A stretch of DNA of 64,000 bases from assembly GCA_038087875.1 (NCBI GenBank), contig CM075996.1, positions 932,001 through 996,000 of the forward strand, written 5' to 3'. This DNA is from Malacoraja senta. Its lineage: Eukaryota. Positions 25,615 to 37,727 of this stretch are shown here, one piece after another. Position numbers and translations under genes: made by a program. Every line of letters starts with the position of its first letter. Position 1 is the stretch's first letter. A model generated the notes under the pieces. It did no database searches. It worked only from the letters and a program-made list of their open reading frames with translations, and was not told the DNA's origin.

Positions 25615-26530
25615 AATTGCTGGAGGTACTCAACAGGTCAGGCAACATCTGCGGAGGGCCAAATAGACCTGGCCCTTCTTCAAGGCCAGGTCTATTTGGG
25701 CAAATAGCTGGTGGAGGGCAAATAGCTGGTGGAGAGGTGTGGAGAAGGGCTGGGGCAAGACATGCATGTGATAAGTGGCAGCTAAGATTGGGTTGATAAG
25801 CGGATGGATTCGGTGGTAGAGAAGGGTGAAGATAGTCATCAAGGCTGGAAGTGATACGTAGAGAAGACAGGGTTGCAGATGGTGGAATCTGATGAGAAAT
25901 GAAGGTGAGGGGTTAAATGTAAAACCACCAAGAGGAATTGTAGGTAGATAGGAAGGGGAGGGGGGTGGGGTGGAGGAGTGATGATAGTGGACATTGAGGG
26001 GATAGAGGTGGGTGATAAGCAGAAAGTGGAGGGGAAAAGAAACTGAGTGATAGGTGGCGGGGGAATGGAACAAAGGTGTGTCTGAGAGAACTGGGTCGAT
26101 CAGAAGTGTGAAGGGGGGAAAGCTTGGATTTATCTGAAATTGGAGAATTTGAAGTTCAGGTTGCAGGTTGCCAAAGGTGTTATTCTTCCAGTTTACAAGT
26201 GGCCTGACTCCGGCAAAGGAGGAGGCCAAGGACAGACAAGTCGGCATAGAAATGGGAAGGGGAATTGAAGAGGCTAACGACCGGCAGCTCCAGCTGGCCC
26301 TGGCATAGAGACCGCAAGTGTTCAACGAAGTAGTTGTCTCGACTGTGCTTGGTCTCACCAACACAGGGGAGGGCACATTGAGAGCACTGACTACGATGAA
26401 TGAGGTTGGCGGAGAGGCGTGGAAACATCTGTCTCCCCTGGAAGGGCTGTTTAGGTCCCTGAATGGAGATGAGAAAGTAGGTGTGGGGACAGATGATGAT
26501 TATCCTGAGGTAGCAGGGAAAAGTACGTAG
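25615..26530 (-). mobile_element. Degenerate Penelope-like element (GIY-YIG endonuclease region and terminal repeat)
   Basis: ORF 26180..26428 CSQCALPCVGETKHS...EHLRS...FNSPSH...LSVLGLL...KLEE parallels 60378..60632. Confidence 0.8.
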
Positions 26531-26624
26531 CGAAGGGTACTTGGGAGGGATGATGGAGGGGAGGGATGATTGAACCCTGGTAATTAATAGTTGCCGTACT
26601 TAATCAAATTGATGAGTTTTAGAC

Positions 26625-26820
26625 ATTAGATAATAGGTGCAGGAGTAGGCCATTCGGCCCTTCGAGCCAGCACCGCCATTCAATGTGATCATGGCTGATC
26701 ATCCCCAATCAGTACCCCGTTCCTGCCTTCTCCCCATATCCCCTGACTCCGCTATTTTTAAGAGCCCGATCTAGCTGTCTCTTGAAAGCATCCAGAGAAC
26801 CTGCCTCCACCGCCCTCTGC
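26625..26820 (-). mobile_element. CR1 LINE 3' end
   Basis: Same 3' UTR as other copies (ggtgcaggagtaggccattcggcccttcgag). Confidence 0.85.
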
Positions 26821-27604
26821 ACAAGACCAGGTGGCAGCCCCTATATCTATACCATAGCAGAGAAAGAGTTGGATAGTGGTGCTAGGGCACATTTGGAACC
26901 AAGAGTGTTCAACGTAGCCATTGAAGACAGGCAGAGCTGGGACATATGTGAGTGTCCATAGCTACACCTTTGATTTGAAGAAAGAGGAACCCAAATTAAA
27001 ATTATTGTGGTTGAGAACAAGTTCCACCAGGCAGTGGAGAGTGTTAGTTTGGGGAACTAGTTGAGCCTCTGTTCGAGGAAGAAACCAAGAGCCCTGAGGC
27101 CTTCCTGATAACAGAATGGAAGTGAAAAGGGAACTGGAAAAAGAATCTCATATTCTGGTTGGATGGCCTATAACCAAATGGCATGAATGCCAAATTTTCC
27201 AATTTCTGGTACCCCACCCCAACTCTGCTCTCTTGTTCTATATTTTACACCTCATGTTATAAGGTTCAACCACTGTTGCCCTTTGTCTTCTCTAGCCTTT
27301 GTGACTATCTCCAACCTTCTTTCTCCCCCCTTGACTTATCTACCAATCAACCCCTCCTTATCTGGAACCACCTATCACTTGCCAGGTCTTAACCCACCAC
27401 TTCTTCTCGCCTCCTTTTAGCAAGTTATCTCCCATCTAGGTCCTGATATAACATGTCTTCTGTCCATTTCCTGCTAAATATGCAGCCTGACTTTCTGAGT
27501 TCCTATTTTGATTTCTCCAGCATCTCTTGTCATTTGGAGGGTAACCATCCATTTTATACAGGTTTACTGTAACACCCCTGTTGTTGTGTCCTGCATCTGT
27601 ATTA

Positions 27605-28760
27605 AACCATAAGACATTGGAGCAGAATTTGACCTATTGGTTCTGCTCTGCCATTCGATCATGATTGATATATCTTTCCATCTCATCCCCATTCTCCTGC
27701 CTTCTATTCAAAACCAATGACATGCTTACTAATCAAGAACCTAACAATCTTAGCTTTAAAAAAATACCCAATGACTTGGCCTCCACCATAGTCTGTGGCA
27801 ATGAATTCCACAGATGCACCACCTTCTGTCTAAAGACATTCCTCCTCATCTCCATTCTAAAGGTGCATCTTTTTATTCTGAGGCTGTGCCCTCTAGTCCT
27901 AGATCTCCCACTGGTGGAAACACCCTTTCCACATCCACTCTATCCAGGCCTTTCATTATTCGGTAGTTTTCAATTTGATCCCCCCTCATCCTTCTAAACT
28001 AGTACAGGCCCAGAGCCTTCAAACACTATTGATGTGTTAAAATGGGGATGAAGCCTTGGATCCTATATGGTTTTCAATCTACTCCTGTCAACATGTCCTT
28101 CTAGTTTTACACAATTAGGCACATATACATCCAGATTCCTCTGATGCGGAACACAGTTCAGAATTGTGTCATTCGGTCTATACTGTTATTATTCCAGCCA
28201 AATTGTATCACTCATACTTCTCCATATTAAATTTCACCTGCCAGTTATCTTCCCACTCTGCCAGCTATAAACGCTCTTCCAGTCCATTACAATGTTCTAA
28301 CAATTTACCCAACCTCCAGGTTTGAAATCATCTGCAAAATGTGAAGTATTAGTCTCCACGCCCATAACCAAATATTGACATCAATGAAAATGAATGGCCT
28401 CAATACTTATCTCTGTGGAATATCACTTCCCTACAACCCTCTCGACTGAGATACAAACATTCACGTGACTCTGCTTCCTATCCTTAAACAAATGTATTCT
28501 TCTCTGGTATCTCTGACCCTGTTTTTACATGGTACTCAATTTTACTAAACAACCACTTTGTTAAAGGCCTTCTGAAAATCTCTATAGATAATATGTATTG
28601 CATTTCCTTCACCAACCGTCCCTGTTGCCTAATCAAAATGTTTAAACAGGGCAGTCAGACATGATTTGCCTTCAGCAAATCTGTGCTGCTGTCCATTGTT
28701 AACTCAAAATATTCCCAAGGTCTTTTGAATTTTTCCTTTGATTGCTGCTTCTAAAATCTT
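27605..28760 (-). mobile_element. Older CR1 LINE fragments
   Basis: CR1 3'-end motifs at 27605-28020 and RT-like remnants (reverse complement tttgcagatgat = FADD near 28330). Confidence 0.6.
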
Positions 28761-28961
28761 CCCCTTTACGTTAAACTAACATCTGTAATGTTTAGAGTTC
28801 AGAGGTAGAGCGTGGAAACAGGCCCTTCGGCCCATCGAATCCACGCTGACTTATGATCACCCATACACTAGATTCTATGTTATCCTAATTTCGTATTCTA
28901 CACACTAGGGGCAATTTACAGAAGCTAATTAAACTTCAAACCTGCACACCTTGGCATGTGG

Positions 28962-29268
28962 GAGAGTCTAGAATTAGAGGTCATAGCCTCAAAATTGAAA
29001 GGACGTTCTCTTAGGAAGGACATGAGGAGAAATTTCTTTAGTCAGAGGGTGGTGAATCTGTGGAATTCTTTGGCACAGAAGGCTGTAGAGGCAAAGTCAG
29101 TGGATATATTTAACGCAGAGATAGATAGATTCTTGATTAGTACGGGTGTCAGAGGTTATGGGGAGAAGGCAGGAGAATGGGGTTAGGAGGGTGAGATAGA
29201 TCAGCCATGGTTGAATGGCGGAGTGGATGATGGGCCAAATGGCCTAATTCTACTACTCCTTATGACCT
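28962..29268 (+). mobile_element. CR1 LINE 3' end
   Basis: MRRNFFSQRVVNLWNSLAQK...GVRGYGEKAGEWG*. Confidence 0.85.
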
Positions 29269-29520
29269 TATAATAATAATAATAATACATTTTATTTATG
29301 GGCGCCTTATACCAAAGTCTCAAGGACACCTTACAGAGTTTAACAAGTAAGAAACATATAATCGGAGAAAAATAAATTATAAAGACATCACCAATACACA
29401 AATTAAAGACAGAATTCGATCCAAAGACACAAAAAAAATCAGAAACACAATGTGAAGAGAGAGCAGCGGCAGCTAAACCGCGCCAGCGTCCACTCTCCCT
29501 TCCGACCGCCATCTTGGACA
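29269..29520 (-). mobile_element. Short non-autonomous retroelement with L2-like tail
   Basis: Minus strand starts tgtccAAGATGGCGG and ends tgtaaggtgtccttgag...aaggcgcccataaataaaatgtattattattatta. Confidence 0.55.
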
Positions 29521-29994
29521 CAGACTAAAATAAACACTACATATAAAAATCATCCCCCCACAATGGTTACCACTGTGGGGGAAGGCACAATATCCAGTCC
29601 CCATCCCCAATTCTCCCACAGTCAGGCCTATTGAGGCCTCCGCTATTGCCTCTACGGAGGCCCGATGTTCCTGGCCGTTCTCGCCGGGTGCTGTTGCCCC
29701 GGCGTCAGGAGAGTCCTCTCAGCGGCTGGGCCACCTGGAACGGCCGCTTCCATTGCCGTAGACCGCAGCTTCCGAAGCCGACAAGGCTGCGCCGGTTTGG
29801 AGCTCCCAGGCTCCCGATGTTGAAGTCGGCGCCGCCCGCTCCGCTCCGCAGACCCGCAGCCCGGAGGTGTTGAGCTCGGCGGTCACAGCTCACCGGAGCA
29901 TTCAAAGAAAACCCACGTGGTCACAGGGAGAACGCTCAAATTCCATACAGACAGTACCGGTAGTCAGGAACACAATCGGGTCTCTGGCGCTATA

Positions 29995-30710
29995 AGGTTC
30001 AAAGGTCAGTTTATTGTCACGTGTACCAATTAAAGTACAGTGAAACTCAAATTACCATACAGCCATAATAAAAAATGCAACCAGACACACAACTACATAA
30101 AAGTTAACATAAACATCCACCACAGAGGATCCCCCACATTCCTCACTGTGATGGAAGGCAATAAAGTGTAATCTTCTTCTTTATTCTCCCGTGGTCGGGG
30201 CAGTCGAACCATCCGCAGTCGGGGCGATTGAAGCTCCCGCAGCCGGCGATCGAAGAACCCGCGTCGGGGCGATCGAAGCTCTCGTGTCGGGGCGGTCTAA
30301 GCTCCTGCGGCTTGGAGCTCCCGAAGTCGGTCTCTAACCAGGGACCGCGAGCTCCACGATGTTTAAGTCCATAGTCTCCCGTGGTTGGAGCTCCAAGATC
30401 GATCCCCAACACGGTTCGCGAGCTCCACGATGTTAAGTCCACAGGCTCCCGCAGTTGGAGCTCCCGAAGTCGGTCTCCAGCAAGAGGCCGCCAACTCCAC
30501 GATGTTAGGCCGCAGTGCGGACGGAGATACGATACAGAAAAAAGTCGCATCTCCGTCGAGGCAAGAGATTTTAAAAAAGTTTCCCCCAACCCTCCACCCC
30601 CCACATAAAACAAGCTAAAGAACACTAAAACATACATTTAACACAAAGTAAAAAAACAACAAAGAAGGAAGTGAAGACAGACTGTTGGCGAGGCAGCCAT
30701 TGCTGGCGCC
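29995..30710 (-). mobile_element. CpG-rich non-autonomous element with internal repeats and Rex1-like tail
   Basis: Minus-strand tail ggtacacgtgacaataaactgacctttgaacc resembles the tail at 25250-25280; internal duplication of ttggagctcccgaagtcggtctc...gagctccacgatgttaag. Confidence 0.55.
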
Positions 30711-31357
30711 AACCAGAGGAAGCAACTCTACCGCTGCGCCACTTTGCTGCCCCTAATTGCTCGGAATATTTTGCATTTCTTTTGAACAAACTCCAGCCGA
30801 TTCCCAGAACCTGCTGCCTTTTGCAGAAGAGAGTTCTAGACCTAATTAACAGATGGAGATACAAATTAGGAGCAGGAATAGGTGGCCTTGGCCCTTGAAA
30901 GTGTTTATTATGACTGTAACTTCAATTCTGCATTCACTGAGGTAAACCTTCGCTCTTGCTTATCAAAGAATCTGTCCACCTCTGCTAAAAAATATTCAAG
31001 GACTTCGTATCTACCACCCCTTGAGGAAGAAAGTTGTAAAGCCTCACAACCTCTGGGTGAAAATGTTTTACCACACCTCTCCCTTGAATGGGTGATTCAT
31101 TATTTTTAAACAGTGACTCTAGTTCTTGATAGTCCCACAAGAGGATATATCTTCTCCACATCCCTTCTCAAACACCCTCAGAATTCTGATGTTTTAATGA
31201 TCCCATTGATCGCAACACAATATAATCAAAACATTATCAAACTTTCAGATCACCCTCCAATTGTTGTATCTCAGTGGAACTTGTGCTTCGTTATCTTTTG
31301 AATGGAACTGAAGGCAAACTTCAGGCCAAATTCAGAAGGGAAGCCAAAATGGATACC

Positions 31358-31520
31358 GTGTAGGAAGGAACTGCAGATGCTGGTTTAAACCGAAAATAGA
31401 CACAAAAAGCTGGATAGCTCAGTGGGTCAGATAGCATCTCTGGAGAAATGGAATAGGTGACGTTTCGGGTCGAGACCCTTCTTCAGTCTCAACCTAAAAT
31501 GTCACCTATTCATTTTCTAC
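31358..31520 (-). mobile_element. Penelope-derived partial fold-back element with an intact hammerhead core
   Basis: Minus strand 31486-31459 reads CTGAAGA-A-GGGTC-TC-GACCC-GAAACGTC; flanks aaaatggataccg / aaaatgaatactg. Confidence 0.75.
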
Positions 31521-31799
31521 TAAAATGAATACTGTTCAGCTCATTGATTTAAATTTCCTGCATTCCTTTTTCTAGAATATTCCCCTGACGTACAATTAGG
31601 AGTGTGTGTGAATTATAGAAACAGAAAAAAAACCTGAAACACTACTGATGTAATAGCACAGTCATATCCGGCCACAGTGATTATTAAGTCATTACTTTCA
31701 CTGAAGGCACTGCCCGTGTGTGTTACTGAGACCATGTTGTGTGCAGGCTGGCTATTCCATTTATCTAGATGGCAATAGTTAGAGTTTTTTCTGTACATG

Positions 31800-32239
31800 G
31801 ATTAGATATAAAGTCTATTGTGTCCCATCAAACTCCCAGGAAAGGTTCAGCAGGGGTTGGATATACAATACAGCTCCCCTTACCCAATCCCATCAAATAG
31901 TCTCAGGGTGCATATACTACAGGTTACAAGATAAAGCTTCTTTTACACTTCCCTTCCACACACTCCCAAAGCAGATACATCATATTAGATAAAGAGTAAA
32001 TCTTCATCTATGGTGTTCCATCAAACACTCCCCAGGAAGATATAACACAAGTTAGAAAGAGAATAAAGTTCACTCTGTCTCGTCAAACTCTTCCAAGTGG
32101 GGATGGATGTGTTGTAAAAAACCTCCCTAAATGCTGTCTGATCAGACTGCCAAGGCAGATATTCCATGAGGTAGAATACAGAGTAAAGCTCTCTGTACAT
32201 TGACCAATTCAACTCTCCCATGGTATGGATTGGATATAG
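31800..32239 (+). repeat. Degenerate minisatellite (~55-65 bp; cccatcaaacactcccagg...ttagatacagagtaaagct)
   Basis: Motifs recur about 6-7 times. Confidence 0.65.
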
Positions 32240-32820
32240 CAGCCATTCTCAACTGTTTTTTGGCAACAACCCCCTTTGGAGCTCTTCTCAGATTCCAGGG
32301 CCTGAGAAGGGGCCAGGAAACTGTCAAGCAGGGATAGACAGATAATCATTTATTATTAGACACCAAGAAAACTTGAACATCCGACATACTGGAATTATTT
32401 TTTTTAAAGACTGTATGAAATTAAACATATATCAGGCCTAATGTGATCCTTGAGCTTGGTGCTTTTCTGCTAGTTTCAAGATATCAGGCTCCAAATTAGA
32501 CAATGACACCTCTTGTTGTGATATCAATTCCGTTTCTAGATTTTGTCAAGGAAACTACCTTGCTGAATCCGCACTCAACCAAATATGTTGAAGGAAAGGC
32601 AATTAAAAATCTTTGGGCTTTTTCAAACTGTATTGGAAATTTATTCAGCAGATCCAAAAATCGTTTTGAAACTGACTGACTCCAATTAAGGTTGCTGCTT
32701 GGTATTTATTCGTTTCAGTTACCAGGGTCCCCCATTAACCCACAGTTTTCAGTCTGTGGCCCCCTTCAAATGTGCCAGGGCCCCGTTGGGGGCCATATGG
32801 CCCCCCGTTGAGAATGGCTG
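32240..32820. mobile_element. Non-autonomous hAT-like DNA transposon (581 bp)
   Basis: Perfect 14 bp TIR CAGCCATTCTCAAC / GTTGAGAATGGCTG; 8 bp flanks GGATATAG / CTATATAG (6 of 8 match). Confidence 0.75.
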
Positions 32821-32992
32821 CTATATAGGATGAAGCTCCTTTTATAAACAAACCAAATTAGCGAATTGACTTCCTTCTTGCAGCTGTTGTAATCCCTAGG
32901 TTTTATAATTTAGGCAGTAAAGTGTAGGGATGGGACGACTACTGGTTTTACTGAAAACTGAGTTAATAGCTGAAAATAAGGAAATTGAAGAG

Positions 32993-33112
32993 ACGAGGAA
33001 CTGCAGATGCTGGTTTAATAGCAAAGATAGACATGTGCTGGAGTAACGCAGTGGGCAGGCAGTACCTGGAGAAAAAGGATGTGACGTTTCGGGTCGGGAC
33101 CCTTTTTCAGAC
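32993..33112 (-). mobile_element. Penelope-derived terminal-repeat fragment (hammerhead core mutated)
   Basis: ggaactgcagatgctgg...gtgacgtttcgggtcgggaccctttttcag; core reads CTGAAAA rather than CTGAAGA. Confidence 0.7.
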
Positions 33113-34252
33113 GGAAAGATGTGTCTAAGTCGATGAATTAAGATGGGCTCCATGTTTTTCATTGTACAATTAATTTGCTACATTTCTCGAGCAACTTGAA
33201 GCTCATATCCTCTTCCTTACTCTGGACACTCCTTCCTCATTCTATATCACAGTGACCAATTAACAAGAACAGTCGCCCACCCATAAAATGGAGTTATAAT
33301 TTGGGAAGCAAGACTTTGCGATTTTTTTTACAGATTGAAGAAGAATTCACAAACAGATGGACTCCAAAAAGTTTTGATAGTTTTATAAATCAATTTCCTC
33401 CCCAATATTCCCGGTCAAAAAAGGCCCAATCCTCGGAAGGTGAAGTTCCCCTTTAATAAGTAAGGGCGACACGTTAATGCCAACGGGGGCAGCTTGCTCC
33501 CAACACAGTCAAATCAATTGTGTGCCGGGTCCGTTGCACCCTCCCCCCTTGTAGTGTCGATGAAAAGGGATCATTAGACGGACTGCCCCTGGAGTGGGCG
33601 GATCAGTGGGAAGGATACAATAAAGGGCTACAGTCTAGTCCTTTGTTCGCCCCTCATTCCCACAATCAGTAGGGTAATGGCCGAATTATGGCTGGAGCAC
33701 TCACAGGCCGCAGTCTGTCAGGATTAGGAGATGAATTGTGTAGCCACCCCCAATGTCAGCATTAACCCCTGCACCTCAAGGCCAGCACAGCACCCCAGGT
33801 GTCTCATTCTTTATTTTGGGAGCAGAAAATTGCAATTTTTCTTCTTCTTTTAATCTCTCTGATCGATCGAGAATATTAACAATTTGGCCATACTGGAATA
33901 TGCGAGGAACGTCCTTCATTGAATTGAAATTTAATTTTCCCTTTTTTTTAACAAAAAAAGAAGCAAGGCTTTCAGAGACCTTTCAAAGATCCAAACAAGT
34001 CCAGGGTAAAGATGCCTCTAGTGAGTTAGCAAGTTGTCTCACAGTGCGCAAATTTCCCTTTCTATCCAGGAATCGAGCAAAGCAGCAAAACCTGTTGGAG
34101 AACTGGGATCCCCCCATTTTGCCTTATCAGCCGAAGTAAATGTAATGTCTGAAAATTGATTTTTTTTTTAAACCATCATAGCTAAGAAATGCAGGTCAGC
34201 ATATCTTCTCAGTGGCAGGGAACTAGAAGCTGTGGCAGGGCTGAGAGATTCA

Positions 34253-34427
34253 AGGGCCTGTCCCACTTAGGCGATTTTTTGGGCGACTACAGGTGACTGC
34301 CACAAAATGTTCAACATGTTGAAAATTTTTCGGCGACAGTGGCGACAATTTTTGCTGTCGTAGGTGAATTCCATTAAAACTAGTCCCTGGCAGTGGCCTA
34401 AAGAGTCACCTAAGTGGGACAGGCCCA
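34253..34427. mobile_element. PIF/Harbinger-type MITE
   Basis: TIR AGGGCCTGTCCCACTTAGG / CCTAAGTGGGACAGGCCCA; TSD TCA. Confidence 0.85.
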
Positions 34428-35178
34428 TCAGGGGTTTGCGATAGACATTGCTATCGTGACAGATATACAATAATGGCTAATAATGGAATGTTGGGTCGTG
34501 TTTCAAGAGGCTAGAATGTAAAGTACCGGGAATCACTTTATTTTTTATTTATTTCTGAGATCCAGCTGGCAAAACCAATGGGGTGAACCATTATCTTGAA
34601 GCACGGCAGTTCTGGTGAAGATGTTTCCATAGTGCTATTGGGTAGTGAATTCTTGGATTTAAACCCAGTGGCAATGAAGGAATGGCAATATATTTCAAAA
34701 TGTATAAATTGGAGGATAATCTGCAGGTGCTGGTTCTTCCTTGCCTCTGCTGCCCTTGTACTTTGTAGGTCGTTGAGTTTGGGGAGGGCACTGTCGGAGA
34801 AGCCCGAGGCAGCTTCACTCTGAATCTGTTCAATGATTTTTGTCTGCGAAACACATTATTTTATATTTTGGGGGAAAGGGAGGCGCTGCAGCATGTTTCC
34901 AAAGTTTCATTCCATTATAGCCCAATTTTGAATATTGGGACCAATTGGAGAGACTAAAAGTAAATAAAAACATATTGCCGCTCCCAAGAAAACGAGGTAT
35001 CTGCTGAGTTTCTTTGGCCTATTGGACCAGTGAATTGTAATACAGGTATATAGATCTGCTCGGTTGAATGATGGTTACATTGCCATTAGTATCACAAGAA
35101 AATGTGGTATTTGGTGAGTTTTCTTGGTCCAGCGGTGCAAGGGGGTCCGTGCATTTTAGTACACAGGTGTAAGATCTG

Positions 35179-35392
35179 TAGAAACAAAGAACTGCAGATG
35201 CTGGTTTATACCAAAGATAGACACAAAGTGCTGGAGTAACTCAGTGGGTCAGGCAGCATCGCTAGAGAAAGAGGATAGGTGACGTTTCAGGTCGGTCCGA
35301 AGAAAGGTCCCATCCTGAAATGTCACCTATCCTTTTTCTCCAGCGATGCTGTCTGACCCGCTGAGTTGCTCCAGCACTTTGGATCTATCTTT
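35179..35392. mobile_element. Fold-back Penelope-derived element
   Basis: Inverted arms of about 80 bp; imperfect flanking repeat ggtgtaagatctg / ggtgtaaaaatctg. Confidence 0.8.
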
Positions 35393-35899
35393 GGTGTAAA
35401 AATCTGCTCAGGCATCCTACGGAGTGATGGTTAAATTGCCACTCGTATACCACCGGCCTTGGTTAATAACCCAGAGATCCAAGAAATCAGGCAGTATTGG
35501 TAATAAAATGTACAGATTGCAAAATTGCATCTGATTCACTTTTGCCCTTCAGAGTTGGCGATCTGGGTCTTACTTTGTGTGGGACTATATGTGATCACCA
35601 ACCTGCAGCAATTCTGTTGTCCCATAACTGCCCACTGAAATGGCCCAACATGCCATTCCGTTCAAGAATTCAACAGAGTAACTATTTTGGGGGATGAGCT
35701 CATCACTGTAATTATTGTCCACCATAAATGACCTTGAGTACAAGGTGTGATGAGCGCTCACTATTCCTTGAGTACGGGATGTTGCAGAGAGCAGGCATTG
35801 TAGGCTGGATGCTGGACAATCCCACCCAATGATGATCTAAGTTAAGGTGATGAAATAATAGTAATAATAATAATAATAAATGTATAACAAATAATAATA

Positions 35900-36542
35900 A
35901 ATGTTAGCTTTCATAGCAAAAGGATTTGAGTATAGGAGCAGGGAGGTTCTACTGCAGTTGTACAGGGTCTTGGTGAGACCACACCTGGAGTATTGCGTAC
36001 AGTTTTGGTCTCCAAATCTGAGGAAGGACATTATTGCCATAGAGGGAGTGCAGAGAAGGTTCACCAGACTGATTCCTGGGATGTCAGGACTGTCTTATGA
36101 AGAAAGACTGGATAGACTTGGTTTATACTCACTAGAATTTAGGAGATTGAGAGGGGATCTTATAGAAACTTACAAAATTCTTAAGGGGTTGGACAGGCTA
36201 GATGCAGGAAGATTGCTCCCGATGTTGGGGAAGTCCGGGACAAGGGGTCACAGCTTAAGGATAAGGGGGAAATCCTTTAAAACCGAGATGAGAAGAACTT
36301 TTTTCACACAGAGAGTGGTGAATCTCTGGAACTCTCTGCCACAGAGGGTAGTCGAGGCCAGTTCATTGGCTATATTTAAGAGGGAGCTAGATGTGGCCCT
36401 TGTGGCTAAAGGGATCAGAGGGTATGGAGAGAAGGCAGGTACGGGATACTGAGTTGGATGATCAGCCATGATCATATTGAATGGCGGTGCAGGCTCGAAG
36501 GGCCGAATGGCCTACTCCTGCACCTAATTTCTATGTTTCTAT
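35900..36542 (+). mobile_element. 5'-truncated young CR1/HER1-like LINE
   Basis: 183 aa open frame nearly identical to the ORF at 21374..22144, plus 3' UTR. Confidence 0.95.
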
Positions 36543-37165
36543 TTGTATAGCACGTTTAAAAACAACTCGCGTTGACCAAAGTGCTTCACATCAGTGCAGC
36601 AGTAGACAGACCTAACAATACATACATAAACTGTTTACGGTGCCCCATCAGAGGGGCTCAAAAATGCTTGGGAGTAGAAATAGGTTTTGAGTCGTGACTT
36701 AAAGGAGTCGATGGTGAGGGCAGTTCTGATGAGGAGCGGGATGCTATTCCACAGTCTAGGTGCTGCAACCGCAAAAGCGCGGTCACCCCTGAGCTTAAAC
36801 CTGGACCGCGGGATAGTCAGTAGCCCCAAGTCGGCCAACCTGAGGTGACCTGGAGGTAGAATGGTTGGTTAGAAGATTTTTGATATGGGGAGGAGGGGGG
36901 GGGGGGGGGGGCAAGCCAGTTAAGGGCTTTGTAAACGAATAAGAGGAGCTTGAAGTTGATTCTATACCGTACTGGGAGCCAGTGGAGAGAGGCCAGGATC
37001 GGGGTGATGTGGTCCCTTTTACGGGTACCCGTCAGAAGTCTTGCTGCGGCGTTTTGGACCAATTGCAGACGGGACAGGGATGATTGGCTGATGCCAATGT
37101 ATAGGGAATTGCGGTAGTCAAGGTGGGAAAAGATGAATGCGTGGATGATTTTTTTCAAGGTCGTC
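36543..37165 (-). mobile_element. L2-clade LINE 3' fragment
   Basis: IIHAFIFSHLDYRNSL...LQLVQNAAARLLTGTRKRDHITPILASLHWLPVRYRINFK and GDRAFAVAAPRLWNSIP...FKSRLKTYF. Confidence 0.9.
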
Positions 37166-37257
37166 GAATTTGAGGAATTGATAGGTAGGGCAGAGAGAAA
37201 GATAAAATAATTCCTCTGGTGGGAGGTGGAGTCTAATATAAGAGGCATTACCCTAAA

Positions 37258-37488
37258 AACAAAGTGCTGGAGTAACTCAGCGGGTCAGGCAGCATCCCTG
37301 GAGAACATGGCTAGGTGATGTTTCAGGTTGGGACGCTTCTTCAGACTGTGAGTTGAGTCTGAGAAGTGTTTCCGACCTGAAATGTCACCTATCCGTGCTC
37401 TCCCAGGATGCTGGCTGACCGGCTCAGTTACTCCAGCACTTTGTGTCTTTTTTTTTGTAAACCGGCACCTGCAATTCCTTGTTTCTAC
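37258..37488. mobile_element. Fold-back Penelope-derived element
   Basis: Inverted arms acaaagtgctggagtaactcagcgggtcaggcagcatcc / ggatgctggctgaccggctcagttactccagcactttgt. Confidence 0.8.
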
Positions 37489-37589
37489 ATTCAGGAGTGA
37501 TGTTAGGAAGCACTGCGAACAAAAGGCTGTTGATATGTGGAACATCCTCCCCTATATGCCTTTCTTGACGTCCTCTGAAGGAGGGCTAT

Positions 37590-37727
37590 ATGTATGTATT
37601 TATGTATGTACTTAATCTATGAACCACTGTTGCATAACGTTAGTACCTCCACCAATGTAAAGCACTTTGGTCAACGAGAGTTGTTTTTAAATGTGCTATA
37701 GAAATAAAAGTGACTTGACTTGACTTG
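37590..37727 (+). mobile_element. L2 3' tail (inverted relative to the copy at 36543)
   Basis: tgtaaagcactttggtcaacgagagttgtttttaaatgtgctata matches the reverse complement of 36545-36590; ends in (GACTT)n. Confidence 0.75.

Larger units (their letters stand above)
28790..30750 (-). mobile_element. HE1/V-SINE-like SINE fragmented by nested insertions
   Basis: SINE tail at about 28790-28960, middle at 29900-29995 and head at 30715-30750 are collinear with intact copies (47670-47972, 56757-57185). Confidence 0.65.

Noticed and set aside
25630..26376. 248 aa Pro/Ser/Leu-rich ORF
   Set aside because: Off-frame read of a decayed Penelope-like element and its pyrimidine-rich tail.
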